Below are positions 9,136 through 18,532 of a DNA stretch of 64,000 nt, one piece after another. Source of the DNA: Longimicrobiales bacterium (lineage in GTDB: Bacteria; Gemmatimonadota; Gemmatimonadetes; Longimicrobiales; Gaopeijiaceae); contig CBDFIQ010000002.1 in NCBI GenBank assembly GCA_965248195.1, forward strand, positions 64,001 through 128,000. The letters run 5' to 3'. The notes beneath the pieces are model-generated. The model did no database searches, had not been told where the DNA came from, and worked only from the letters and a program-made list of their open reading frames with translations. How positions within the stretch are numbered: position 1 is the stretch's first letter; the number at the start of each line of letters is the position of its first letter. A program made the translations under genes and the position numbers.

Positions 9136-10152
9136 ATGAAGACACCGACGGTCATCGGCACCTTCACGATTGGCATGTTGTGGCTGGTCGCCGCCGCAGC
9201 ACACGCGCAAGACTGCGAGTCGGATGGTGAGGTCCAGTTTCTGTGTGGACCGGTCAGCCCGGAAGATCTCGCACCCGTCCCCCAGTCCCCCTGGGTCATC
9301 GTCTCCAGCATGGTCGATGAAGGACACCTCTATCTGGCGGACACCCGTGACTACACGTCGACCATCCTCTTTCCCACGAGCACGTCGCGACCTCGACACG
9401 ACACCGCGACGTATGGCGCGTGCCCGGGCCCCGTGTCGAGGCAATTCAGGCCACACGGCCTCAACCTTCGCCCCGGGGAAAACGGGCGCCACACCTTGTA
9501 TGTCGTTGGCCACGGGGATCGGGAAGCGATCGAAGTCTTCGAGCTCGATGTGGGCGGTGCGGTCCCCACCCTCAACTGGGTGGGATGCGCTGTGGCACCC
9601 GAGGCGCTTGCCCTGAATTCCGTGGTGGCTCTTCCGGAGGGCGGCTTCGCGGCGACGAGTCCACGAACGGGCGACGTGTGGGAATGGAGTACAGACGCTG
9701 AGTGGAGCCGCGTGCCCGGCAGCGAGGGCATCGGTCCAAACGGGCTGGAGATCTCTCGAGACGGTCGCTGGTTTTACGTCGGTGGCTATGGAAGCCAGTC
9801 GTTGATCCGCTTGTCACGTGGACGGACACCGGTCCAGACGGACGCCGTGGAGGTCGGGTTTCATATCGACAACGTCCGGTGGGGCCCCGGCGAGACGTTG
9901 TTCGCCGCCGGTCATGTCGGGCCAACCCGGGCGGCGATCGGGGAATGCATCAGGCAGAGGCAGTGCGACGGGGTGACGTCGCGGGTTGCGCAGGTTGCTC
10001 TGCAGGGCCTCACGGCCAATGAAGTAGTCCGCTACCCTTCGAACGACCTCCTGATACTTGGCACCGTCGCCATTCAGGTTGGGGACGAGATATGGGTCGG
10101 CGGCGTCGCCGGCGGCGACAGGATTGCCCGTTTCCCAACTCCGTCTCGATAG
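9136..10152 (+). CDS. Secreted six-bladed beta-propeller, SMP-30/gluconolactonase/paraoxonase-like
   Basis: Signal peptide after a GAGGAGG RBS; SPEDL, PHGL, NSVV, GPNGL and IDNV motifs. Confidence 0.8.
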   Translation: MKTPTVIGTFTIGMLWLVAAAAHAQDCESDGEVQFLCGPVSPEDLAPVPQSPWVIVSSMVDEGHLYLADTRDYTSTILFPTSTSRPRHDTATYGACPGPVSRQFRPHGLNLRPGENGRHTLYVVGHGDREAIEVFELDVGGAVPTLNWVGCAVAPEALALNSVVALPEGGFAATSPRTGDVWEWSTDAEWSRVPGSEGIGPNGLEISRDGRWFYVGGYGSQSLIRLSRGRTPVQTDAVEVGFHIDNVRWGPGETLFAAGHVGPTRAAIGECIRQRQCDGVTSRVAQVALQGLTANEVVRYPSNDLLILGTVAIQVGDEIWVGGVAGGDRIARFPTPSR

Positions 10153-10164
10153 AACCATGCCCGG

Positions 10165-10449
10165 TTATGGGATCCGCGCTGTTATGGTGGCCACCGACGG
10201 CACTCCGTGTGCCCGGCAGGCCATCGCTTCCGCGCCGACGTTCTCTCCGGTCACGTCCTCACCGTTCACCAGGACGGTGGGTGACCCGAAGCGGTGGAAG
10301 TCAGCCGGTGTTGACTCCTCCATGAGGTCCCATTCCGACCAAGTCAGGTGCTGACTGGACGCCTCGACGGCCTCTCTCAGGTTGTCTCGTGCTTGCGACG
10401 TGTTGGGGCATCCTTCGAGGTAGACCAACTCGATTCGCGGCGTCTTCAT
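10165..10449 (-). CDS. Small thioredoxin-fold protein of the type associated with mer loci
   Basis: IELVYLEGCPN...FGSPTVLVNGEDV...ACR; lies downstream of merB. Confidence 0.75.
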   Translation of the reverse strand: MKTPRIELVYLEGCPNTSQARDNLREAVEASSQHLTWSEWDLMEESTPADFHRFGSPTVLVNGEDVTGENVGAEAMACRAHGVPSVATITARIP

Positions 10450-10492
10450 CCTTGTGTTCTCCTCTCTATGTTCTCCATGGGCCAAGAGATGG

Positions 10493-10609
10493 CTACCCGC
10501 CTTCGTCGGCCCGCTCTGTCGCACTGAAGCCAGTCATCCCTTCGAGTTCGCTCACGATCTCTGCAATGGTGGTCACCGTCGTGTCGAACGTCACGAGACG
10601 TGCCCCGCT
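10493..10609 (-). pseudogene. Probable C-terminal remnant of a heavy-metal-associated (MerP/HMA) domain
   Basis: Frame reads SGARLVTFDTTVTTIAEIVSELEGMTGFSAT...stop; no CxxC half and no start; overlaps the end of merB. Confidence 0.45.
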
Positions 10610-11283
10610 GGGCTGGAATTCGCCAACACGGCACCCCAATTCCTGGCGTTCAATCGTTTGGCGAGGTCGGCAGCTTCATCGAGCGTAAGAAGGAACGTGC
10701 CTTCGTGCCTGGTGGCCCAAGCTTCGCCCGACTCCCGGGACTCAAAGAAGAAGACGAAATGGCAGAAGCTCGCCATCACGTTGTCCGCTGAAGAGCTGAA
10801 CAGCTCGGCGTCTGGCGCGACAAAGGACACCACGATGGTCTCGGGCTCCTGAGACCGGACACCCTCGGGCGTGACCGTGAGTCGGATGGTGCCGGTATGG
10901 GGGTCTCGACTCTCGATCCGGGCCTGCTCTCCGAGGATCTCAGGGATGAAGAGTCTGTCCCAGGCGCACCACGTCCACAGGGTGCGCCCGTCGAGATCGA
11001 GCTTGTGAGACATCGGTGCGGCAGCGAGACCTCCGAAACCCAACACCTGGCCCTCTTCATCCGGGTAGACGAATGATCGAATGGAATCCCTGCCTAGCAG
11101 ATCCTCGGCACTCGCGACCGGCACGTCCAATGCTGCGGCAAGTTGCGTGGCGGATACCGGACTGCCTTTGGCTAGTTCTCGGTAAAGTGTGACGGCCGCA
11201 CGTTGCTCGTCTTCCGCAAACGTCGGAAGCACCGCTTCGAGTGCCTGCCAATACTGATCGATGTCGGGTGTTTCGTTCTTCAT
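10591..11283 (-). CDS. merB: Organomercurial (alkylmercury) lyase
   Basis: TWCAWD (catalytic Cys/Asp) and SFCHFVFF (second Cys); N-terminal winged helix; MerR operator upstream. Confidence 0.92.
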   Translation of the reverse strand: MKNETPDIDQYWQALEAVLPTFAEDEQRAAVTLYRELAKGSPVSATQLAAALDVPVASAEDLLGRDSIRSFVYPDEEGQVLGFGGLAAAPMSHKLDLDGRTLWTWCAWDRLFIPEILGEQARIESRDPHTGTIRLTVTPEGVRSQEPETIVVSFVAPDAELFSSSADNVMASFCHFVFFFESRESGEAWATRHEGTFLLTLDEAADLAKRLNARNWGAVLANSSPAGHVS

Positions 11284-11350
11284 CGGTCTACTTCCCTGTC
11301 GTCATCGTCCCTGAGCCGCTGATCTGTCGTGGACGCGCCTCGATCCATAC

Positions 11351-11382
11351 AACCTAAACCCTGTACCACGGTACGGAGTCAA
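11351..11382 (-). promoter_or_regulatory. MerR-type promoter/operator for merB
   Basis: TTGACT-CCGTACCGTGGTACAGGGT-TTAGGTT: 19-20-bp spacer with a GTAC..GTAC dyad, like the Tn21/Tn501 mer promoter. Confidence 0.88.
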
Positions 11383-11428
11383 GGGCGGGCGGGGGGAGGG
11401 GTCGGACATCAGCCCGGGCACAACGGCG

Positions 11429-11854
11429 TCAGCCGTCTGGCCAGTCCGCTTGGTCGAGTTCTTCGAGGATCGGGCACGCACCCGTCGGCTCCCGCGCCTC
11501 ACATGCTTCCACCAGACCCCGGAGTGCGGTCTCCATCCGCCGGAGAGCCTCTATCTTACCGGCGACTTGCTCTAGTTTCTCTCGCGCCTGTGCCTCGACC
11601 GGACCACACGCGGCGACCTCATCCACCCGCAGATCGAGCAGTTCCGAAGTCTCCCGGAGCGCGAAGCCGAGTCCCTGCGCCCGCCGGATGAACTTCACGC
11701 GGTCCACAGTGTCACGGGGGTACTGGCGGTACCCCGCCGGTGTCCGTGGCGGCTCCGGTAGCAGACCCGTGCGCTCGTAGAAACGGACGGTTTCGACTCC
11801 GACTCCAGCCGCTTGGGCCAAGGCACCGATTGTCAGCGTGGCGGTCTCAGACAT
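11429..11854 (-). CDS. merR: Hg(II)-responsive MerR-family regulator
   Basis: TIGALAQAAGVGVETVRFYER HTH; three Cys (AACG, EACE, ACPI) matching the Hg ligands. Confidence 0.88.
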   Translation of the reverse strand: MSETATLTIGALAQAAGVGVETVRFYERTGLLPEPPRTPAGYRQYPRDTVDRVKFIRRAQGLGFALRETSELLDLRVDEVAACGPVEAQAREKLEQVAGKIEALRRMETALRGLVEACEAREPTGACPILEELDQADWPDG

Positions 11855-11860
11855 GACCAC

Positions 11861-11891
11861 ACGGTAACCCCGTAGTCCGGTACGGGGTCAA
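11861..11891 (-). promoter_or_regulatory. Second MerR-type promoter/operator directly upstream of merR
   Basis: TTGACC-CCGTACCGGACTACGGGGT(19 bp)-TACCGT, then 6 nt to the merR ATG. Confidence 0.85.
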
Positions 11892-11950
11892 GCTCTAAGT
11901 CTAGACGGCTGGTCGAGGCGGATGTCCCGCAACGCCCGACGGAAACCCCT

Positions 11951-12373
11951 TCAGCGGCGGCCCCTCATCGTCACTTCGATGGCCCCGCCGGGATAGCCCG
12001 TGCCGTACTTTATGGTGGCGTCCGGGGCGGAGAGGAAACGTATGGATTCGATCTGGGAAGCACTCATTCGGTGCAGTGCACTTGGCGGGCCATAGGGCGT
12101 CCCATCGACCACGACCCGCGCAAATATGGGTCCACCGCCAAAAGTGCGGCCTCGGCGGTCGTCTTGTAACCATTGCCGGTTAAGCGATTCGACCACCTGG
12201 TAAGCGGTGTCGCCCGCGCGTTGGTCAAGCTCGGCCCGGACGATCAGCCTCGAGTTCCCCCGGGTGTCCCCTGCGGCTGTTTGCCCCCCCTCTCCCAGGG
12301 ATGTGTTTCCAGACGAAACACAGGCCGAGACTACGAGCGCCAAAACGAGTGATTCACAGCGGTGGAAAGACAT
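11951..12373 (-). CDS. Small lipoprotein with a TonB-receptor plug-like domain
   Basis: Lipobox VSAC; VVVDG...IESIRFLSAPDATIKYGTGYPGGAIEV. Confidence 0.7.
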   Translation of the reverse strand: MSFHRCESLVLALVVSACVSSGNTSLGEGGQTAAGDTRGNSRLIVRAELDQRAGDTAYQVVESLNRQWLQDDRRGRTFGGGPIFARVVVDGTPYGPPSALHRMSASQIESIRFLSAPDATIKYGTGYPGGAIEVTMRGRR

Positions 12374-12488
12374 TACGGCCCTCACTCTCGGATGTAACTT
12401 CCAATGCCGCACCTAAAACGGTGGTCGAACCGGGCCTTGTCAAGAAGCTCCCCCTCAAACCTTGACCTTGCTCGCTCGCTGACCCACC

Positions 12489-12512
12489 CTCTCAGTGACA
12501 CTCTCAGTGACA
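12489..12512. repeat. Perfect 12-bp tandem repeat CTCTCAGTGACA x2
   Basis: Read directly from the sequence. Confidence 0.7.
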
Positions 12513-12715
12513 AACCCCACGATTTCTGGCAGTTTCCGACGGCTTAAGAAAAACCGAAAACCCAATGAAATGGCGGGTTTCTGTTGCTGGTGGTTGGCCC
12601 TCGCTATGGGGACGTGGTGCGGACTCGTGACTTTAGGTTCGAGCCGAGGCAGGAAGGTGAACCTCCGCGACGCGGACCTGAATGCTGACCGCCGACCCAG
12701 CACGCCGCTAGCTAG

Positions 12716-13526
12716 GGCCTGTTAACACTATCTGAGGGCTTCGACGATGAGCGCGAAGTGGATGAAGGCGGTAAACATCACGTCGAGCTTGTCAAAGCGG
12801 GAGAAGATTCTTCTGAAGCCTTTGAGTCGCCGAAATAACCGCTCTATTTCGTTACGACGGCGATACATGACTCGGTCATACTGCCACGGGTTAACACGGC
12901 CCTGCTTGGGTGGCACGACCGGCGTAAACCCCAGCTCCAACACCAATTGCCGTGTTTCGCCCCCCTCGTACGCCCGGTCCATGATCATGGACACTGTGGA
13001 ATGTACCGGCTTCAACGTGCGTAGCAGTTCCCGTCCTTCCGGCGCGTCGTGCTTGTGGCCTGGCGATAGCGAGAAGGTTATCGCGGTTCGAGCATCTGCG
13101 GCAACCATATGAATCTTGGTGGTCCAGCCTCCACGCGACTTGCCGATGGCCTGCGGGCCGTTTTTTTTAGAGCGCCGGTGCCATCAGGGTGCACCTTGAC
13201 GATGGTACTGTCGATCGACAGAGCTTGGATCTTGATCCGGATAATTTGCTCGTCTTGCAGGGCCGCAAAGACACGATCCAGCACACCTGCCCTGGCCCAG
13301 CGATTCATTCGGGTGTAGATCGTATGCCAGTTACCGAAACGCGGAGGCAACCCCCGCCATTTGCAGCCGTGTTCGGCCACATACAGGATCGCGTTAAGCA
13401 CTTCGAGATTGGAGATGCTCTCATTGCCGCGCTGATGCGGAAAGCAAGCCTCTATCCGACGATATTGGGACTCTGTGATTTTCATAGCCCCAATATACTA
13501 CAAATTGCCCTTAGTGTTAACAGACC
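12716..13526 (-). mobile_element. IS5-family element copy 1 (~811 bp), CTAG target
   Basis: IRs GGCCTGTTAACACTA / GGTCTGTTAACACTA flanked by CTAG at 12712-12715 and 13527-13530. Confidence 0.93.
12728..13485 (-). CDS. IS5-family transposase in two frames joined at an A8 run (13161-13168)
   Basis: ORFs 13078-13485 (WRGLPPRFGNWHTIYTR, IDST) and 12728-13108 (DRAY, RNEIERLFRRLK). Confidence 0.9.
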
Positions 13527-13557
13527 CTAGTATGAGCACCAACACGAGCCGACGACG

Positions 13558-14865
13558 ATGATCATCATGAAGTTCGGTGGAACTTCGCTAGCAACCGCGG
13601 AATCCATCCAGAACGTATTCCGTATCGTCCGCGACCGCCTTGACCAAGACCCTGTGCTCGTGGTTTCGGCGCATGCAGGTGTGACGAATTCCCTCGTTGA
13701 GATCGCTCGAAGCGCCCCCGGTGGTGACGCCGACGTCTCCCAGATCGAGGATTTCCACCACCGACTCCTGGAGGATCTCGACCTGCCTGTCGACCTCCTA
13801 GACGAGCAGCTCGGCGAAATGGCCGGCCTGGCGCGAGGGATGAAGCTCGTGTCCGAGGCCAGTCCCAGGGCCCGGGATGTCCTCCTGAGTTTTGGAGAGC
13901 GGTGTTCAGTGCGGGTTCTCGCGGCCACCTTCAACCGGCAAGGTCTGCGGGCCCAGGCGGTCGATGCGTTCGACGTCGGCTTGCGCACCGACGGCAACTT
14001 CGGCCGCGCACGACCGGTTGCGGACGACGGCCGGATTGCCGAGAACATGAGCACGCTGGAGGGTATCCCGATCCTGACGGGCTTCCTGGGACGCGACGCC
14101 GATGGCAACATCACCACGCTAGGCCGAAACGGTTCCGACTTCTCAGCGGCTCTGTTCGGCAACGCGCTCGCTGCCTCGGAGATCCAGATCTGGACCGACG
14201 TCGATGGAGTGATGACCGCGGATCCGCGATTGGTCGAGGGCGCCCAGCCGATCCCGGTCATGAGCTTTGGCGAAGCGAGCGAGCTCGCCTACTACGGCGG
14301 TAAGGTGCTCCACCCAGCGACGATCCTGCCGGCGATCGAGAAGTCCATCCCAGTGCGGGTTCTGAACACCAACAACGCCGACAACCCCGGGACGGTCATC
14401 CTTCCGGTGTACGAGGAGCCCAATGCCCCCGTGCGGGCCGTGGTGCACAAGAACGACATTCATCTGATCAACCTCGTGTCCCCACCGATGCTGCAACAGC
14501 ACGGATTCCTCGCCAAGGTGTTCCGGATCGCCGAGGCCCATGAGGTCGACGTCGACCTGGTCGCCACCTCCGAGGTGTCGATCACGATGACCGCGGATCG
14601 CGCCGACCATCTACCGGTGTTCTGCGAGGAGCTTGGCGAGTTGGGTGATGTGACAGTCGAGCCTGACCATGCGTTGATCTGCGTTGTCGGCCAAGGGATC
14701 GCACACACCCATGGCATCGCGGCTCAAGTGCTGGGTACGCTCGCTGAGGCGGGGGTACATGTTCGAGTGATCAGTCAGGGGGCGATCAAGGTCAACATCG
14801 GTCTCGTGATCCAACAGGCCGACCTCCAGAACGCCGTCACTGCCTTGCACTCCCACTTCTTTTAG
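13558..14865 (+). CDS. lysC: Aspartate kinase
   Basis: MKFGGTSL, VVSA, TTLGRNGSDFSA, WTDVDG, GKVLHP; two C-terminal ACT domains. Confidence 0.93.
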   Translation: MIIMKFGGTSLATAESIQNVFRIVRDRLDQDPVLVVSAHAGVTNSLVEIARSAPGGDADVSQIEDFHHRLLEDLDLPVDLLDEQLGEMAGLARGMKLVSEASPRARDVLLSFGERCSVRVLAATFNRQGLRAQAVDAFDVGLRTDGNFGRARPVADDGRIAENMSTLEGIPILTGFLGRDADGNITTLGRNGSDFSAALFGNALAASEIQIWTDVDGVMTADPRLVEGAQPIPVMSFGEASELAYYGGKVLHPATILPAIEKSIPVRVLNTNNADNPGTVILPVYEEPNAPVRAVVHKNDIHLINLVSPPMLQQHGFLAKVFRIAEAHEVDVDLVATSEVSITMTADRADHLPVFCEELGELGDVTVEPDHALICVVGQGIAHTHGIAAQVLGTLAEAGVHVRVISQGAIKVNIGLVIQQADLQNAVTALHSHFF

Positions 14866-15070
14866 CCAGCCCTTCTCGATGCCCCTCCAGCCGCCGGCCC
14901 CCGAGGCCCACACCGGAGACACAAATACCAACGAGAGACGGCCTCGGCCAGGTCTTGAAAAGGAAAATTGCAACTTCTGCGGATATCGTGTACGGTGTTC
15001 ATGTTTGCGCTGGTGGTAGGGTCGGGAGAGGTGGGCTGCGTGCGATCGCAACTCTGAGCGAGGAGGTATC

Positions 15071-15928
15071 ATGGCCCGAACGGCATGGATTCTGATGACG
15101 GTGGCTCTCTGCCTGTCAGGTGGGCAGACGTTGGATGCACAGGGCGGTTACGAGACGACACGCATCGCTGAAGGGGTGTATCAGTTCCGGTGGCAGGCCC
15201 ACAACGGATTCTTCGTGGTGACACCCGCGGGCGTGCTGGCTGTCGACCCCATCTCCGTGGAGGCCGCGGCACAGTACGCTGAGGAGATCAAGAAGGTCGC
15301 CCCGAACGCTCCGCTCCGGGCCATCGTCTACAGCCATGAGGATGCCGATCACGCGACGGGCGCCCCGGCACTCATGAGTGCCATGGGCGTGAGCGTGCCG
15401 ATCATCGCCCAGCGTAACGCCGTGCCGAACCTCGCTCGGGCGGCGAGCGCCGATCTTCCCGTGCCGACGCTCACCTACCAGGAGTTCATGAGCTTGACGT
15501 TGGGCGGCCGCGTGATCGAGCTGCACTACCTCGGGGCCAATCACAGTGACAACTCGACGGTCGTGTACGTGCCCGACGTCAAGGTGGCCTTCGCGGTGGA
15601 TTTCGTGTCGAACGATCGCGTCGGCTTCCAGGAGCTTCCCGGTTGGCGTTTTCCCGACGTCTTCGCGTCTGTCGCACGCCTCCTCGACCTCGACTTCGAG
15701 GTCATGGTCTTCGGTCACGGGCCGGCCGGAGATCGTGACACGATCCATCGGCAGATCCGCTACTACGACGCCCTCAGGGCCGGAGTGCGTAGGGCCGTAG
15801 AGGCGGGTTGGTCGGAGGATCGCGCGGCGGCGGAGGTCAGGCTTCCGGAGTACGGGGATTGGGGCCAGTACGACGCCTGGTTCCCCTTGAACGTACGGGG
15901 CGTGTACCGGTGGATGAGCAGCCGGTAG
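15071..15928 (+). CDS. Secreted MBL-fold metallo-hydrolase
   Basis: AGGAGG RBS, signal peptide, YSHEDADH, NHS, FGHG. Confidence 0.85.
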   Translation: MARTAWILMTVALCLSGGQTLDAQGGYETTRIAEGVYQFRWQAHNGFFVVTPAGVLAVDPISVEAAAQYAEEIKKVAPNAPLRAIVYSHEDADHATGAPALMSAMGVSVPIIAQRNAVPNLARAASADLPVPTLTYQEFMSLTLGGRVIELHYLGANHSDNSTVVYVPDVKVAFAVDFVSNDRVGFQELPGWRFPDVFASVARLLDLDFEVMVFGHGPAGDRDTIHRQIRYYDALRAGVRRAVEAGWSEDRAAAEVRLPEYGDWGQYDAWFPLNVRGVYRWMSSR

Positions 15929-17199
15929 CTTCCCTACTCCGGCTGTGGCTTCTCCTATTGGGTCCAGCTTGGCTGGGCTGCGACAGCGGGACGGATCCGC
16001 GCCATGCGGCCCGGATCGACTTCGACTTTCCGGGCGCGAGTCTCGCCTATGCACAGTCGCTGGGTGGGGACACCTACCGGATCGGTCTCAAGGACGATAC
16101 CAATGCCACCGCCAAACTCTGGTTCTCCTTTCGGGTCCAGGAGGCCCAAGGCCGCACGCTGACCTTCCGCCTGGAAAACGCCGCGACCGCTACCGACCAG
16201 TGGGAGTACCGCCAACCCGTGCTGAGTACCGATCAGGGGCAGAGTTGGACGCGCATCACCGACACCGCATTCGATAGCCCCACGTTCAGCTTCACCTTCA
16301 CCGCCCACTCCAACGCCGATTGGGTGGCGCTCAGCCCTGCCTACTCCTTCGCCCGATACCTGGCGCTGGTTCAGGAGTTGGGGACACATCCCGAGGTCGC
16401 AGCCGTCACCGAGGTGGGACGGACCCTCGGGGGCCAGCCGCTCCATCACCTGGAGATCCGGAGCCAGCCGGGGGGAAACCTGCCGGCCGTTTGGGCCGTG
16501 GGGCGTCAACACCCTGGAGAACCCGGCGGATCCTACATGATCGAGGGCTTCCTCCGCTGGGCCGTGAGCGGGGATCCCGCCGCGGTGGCCCTACGGGAAC
16601 GGGCCGAGATCCACGCGATCCCCTTCCTGAACCCGGACGGGGTGCTCGCAGGGAACCAGCGGATGAACCTGGCAGGACTCGATCTGAACCGGCAGTGGAT
16701 GAATCCGACACTTTCCGAGTCACCGGCCATCTTCTGGGCGCAGAAGGCGATCACGGACTACCGGGACGGAGGGGGCGAGACCCGTATCCTCGTGGACTTC
16801 CATTCCGCCCCCACGGGCCGAAGCAACTTCTTCATCTACAGCGAGGAGTTCAGCACGACCACGGCCCTCTACACCGAGATACGCGCCCTCCTCGCTGACA
16901 TTCAGTCACTGAATGGAGACTTCGTTCCGCTGGACGACAATGTGGCCCGCACTGTTCAGGGGGAGCGAGGGCGAGGATGGGGATTCACGGCGCTCCAGAC
17001 CCACGGCCTTACGGTGGAGTCTTCCGGAAACGACGTGACTTACGGTCCGCACACCGGAGAGCAGATGACTCCGGAACGACTCGTTGCGTTGGGAGAGGCG
17101 GTCGGGCGGGGAATCCAGCGCCAACTGTTCGGCGGTTCGAACCGTAGCGCCTACTGCAGTCGCTGCGGGTTGTTTGCCCCTAGGCTGACAGCGCGATAA
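15910..17199 (+). CDS. M14 zinc carboxypeptidase (CCP-like), probable lipoprotein; start uncertain
   Basis: WFSF N-domain; RQHPGE, NPDG, NQR, DLNR and DFHS motifs; WLGC lipobox. Confidence 0.85.
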   Translation: MDEQPVASLLRLWLLLLGPAWLGCDSGTDPRHAARIDFDFPGASLAYAQSLGGDTYRIGLKDDTNATAKLWFSFRVQEAQGRTLTFRLENAATATDQWEYRQPVLSTDQGQSWTRITDTAFDSPTFSFTFTAHSNADWVALSPAYSFARYLALVQELGTHPEVAAVTEVGRTLGGQPLHHLEIRSQPGGNLPAVWAVGRQHPGEPGGSYMIEGFLRWAVSGDPAAVALRERAEIHAIPFLNPDGVLAGNQRMNLAGLDLNRQWMNPTLSESPAIFWAQKAITDYRDGGGETRILVDFHSAPTGRSNFFIYSEEFSTTTALYTEIRALLADIQSLNGDFVPLDDNVARTVQGERGRGWGFTALQTHGLTVESSGNDVTYGPHTGEQMTPERLVALGEAVGRGIQRQLFGGSNRSAYCSRCGLFAPRLTAR

Positions 17200-17377
17200 C
17201 CTCAGCGGCTCGACGCTGAGGTACGATCGGATGGTGGGAATCAACCCGAACGCGGTCCTGCCCGAGAACCAGCCCCGAGTGCGGCGGGTAGAGAATCTGA
17301 CCTCAAATCGCCTGGAAACCAGCGCAACCAACGCCAACGGTGTGAAGGTCATACTGAAGTATACGCGGGTCGAGTGA
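17195..17377 (+). pseudogene. Possible 3-prime gene fragment (lipocalin-like beta strands)
   Basis: Start-less frame DNLSGSTLRYDRMVGINPNA...VKVILKYTRVE-stop. Confidence 0.3.
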
Positions 17378-17453
17378 GTTGGAGGAATCCCCCGGAACAA
17401 CACAAGTAATGCCCCGTAACATTATGAGTTAGGTGCAGCCGGAGGATCGGACA

Positions 17454-18482
17454 ATGAAACGCGTCGTGCTAATCTCCCTGGCAAGTGTGGTTTTCGTCGG
17501 TTGCAAGGACGCCACGCAACCGGTCGACGGCGAGGTGGTGGTCCATGAGCTCAGAGCCTCGCCGTCGACTACCCACATTTCTTTCTTCGACGCTTCGCTC
17601 GAGCCGGTTCTGCGGATTGAATCGGGTGATGTGGTAAGATTGGAAACGGCAACAGGAAATCCGCGCTGGTTCGAGAACGCGGGCGTGCCCCGGGATCAGA
17701 TTCCGCCCGAGCTGTACGAAGTCTATGAAGCGTATGAGTCGACCGGTCGAGGAGACCATACCCTGAATGGTCCCATCTTCGTGAACGGAGCCGAGCCGGG
17801 CGACGTGTTGGAGATCCGCATCCTGTCGGTTGACGTCAGGTTGCCGATAGCGGGCCAGGGTATCGGCAGCAGGCTTTTCCCCGGGGAGATGGATGCCAAC
17901 GTGTCCCGAGTCCACTGGATTGACCTGGTAAACCGGACGGTCGAATTTGCGCCCGGGGTGGTGGTTCCCATCAAGCCATTTTGGGGGGTGATCGGAGTTG
18001 CGCCGCCTCCGGAAATGGGGCGAGTGAGGAGCGGCGCGCCGAACTTCTTCGGTGGCAACATGGACAATCGCGACCTCGGGGGGGGCAGTATCTTGTACCT
18101 GCCGGTCCATAATCCTGGTGCGCTGCTCTCTGTCGGAGACGGTCACGCAGTACAGGGGTATGGTGAGATCTCCGGTTCGGCCGTGGAAACTTCTCTCAGG
18201 GGTGCGATCCAGGTGTTTCTGCATAAGAACCAGGAACTGGAGTGGCCTCGCGCTGAGACCCCCACCCATTACATGACCATGGGTCTCAACGCTGATCTTG
18301 ACGAGGCCGCACGAATGGCCGCCGTCGAGATGATCGACTTTCTGGTCGAGACGAAGGGTATCGACCGTGAGACGGCAATCCTCCTGTGCAGCGTGGCCAT
18401 GGACATGATGGTGACTCAGGTCGTGGATGGGACCAAGGGCATTCACGCCATGATCGCGAAGGAAGTGTTTAGAGACTACTGA
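17454..18482 (+). CDS. Acetamidase/formamidase family lipoprotein
   Basis: HTLNGPIFVNGAEPGDVL, GGNMD, GDGHAVQGYGE; lipobox FVGC. Confidence 0.9.
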   Translation: MKRVVLISLASVVFVGCKDATQPVDGEVVVHELRASPSTTHISFFDASLEPVLRIESGDVVRLETATGNPRWFENAGVPRDQIPPELYEVYEAYESTGRGDHTLNGPIFVNGAEPGDVLEIRILSVDVRLPIAGQGIGSRLFPGEMDANVSRVHWIDLVNRTVEFAPGVVVPIKPFWGVIGVAPPPEMGRVRSGAPNFFGGNMDNRDLGGGSILYLPVHNPGALLSVGDGHAVQGYGEISGSAVETSLRGAIQVFLHKNQELEWPRAETPTHYMTMGLNADLDEAARMAAVEMIDFLVETKGIDRETAILLCSVAMDMMVTQVVDGTKGIHAMIAKEVFRDY

Positions 18483-18532
18483 GCCCCCCACGACCTCAAA
18501 CACGAGCGCAAGGTCCCGCTGAAGGAGGCAAC

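Noticed and set aside
10165..10449. Selenoprotein version of the Trx-like gene
   Set aside because: Cys codons are present and there is no in-frame TGA.
12540..12715. tRNA or att fragment near TGGTGG / GGTTCGAG, and ORFs 12455-12703 and 12495-12725
   Set aside because: No cloverleaf can be formed and the ORFs resemble no protein family I recognise.
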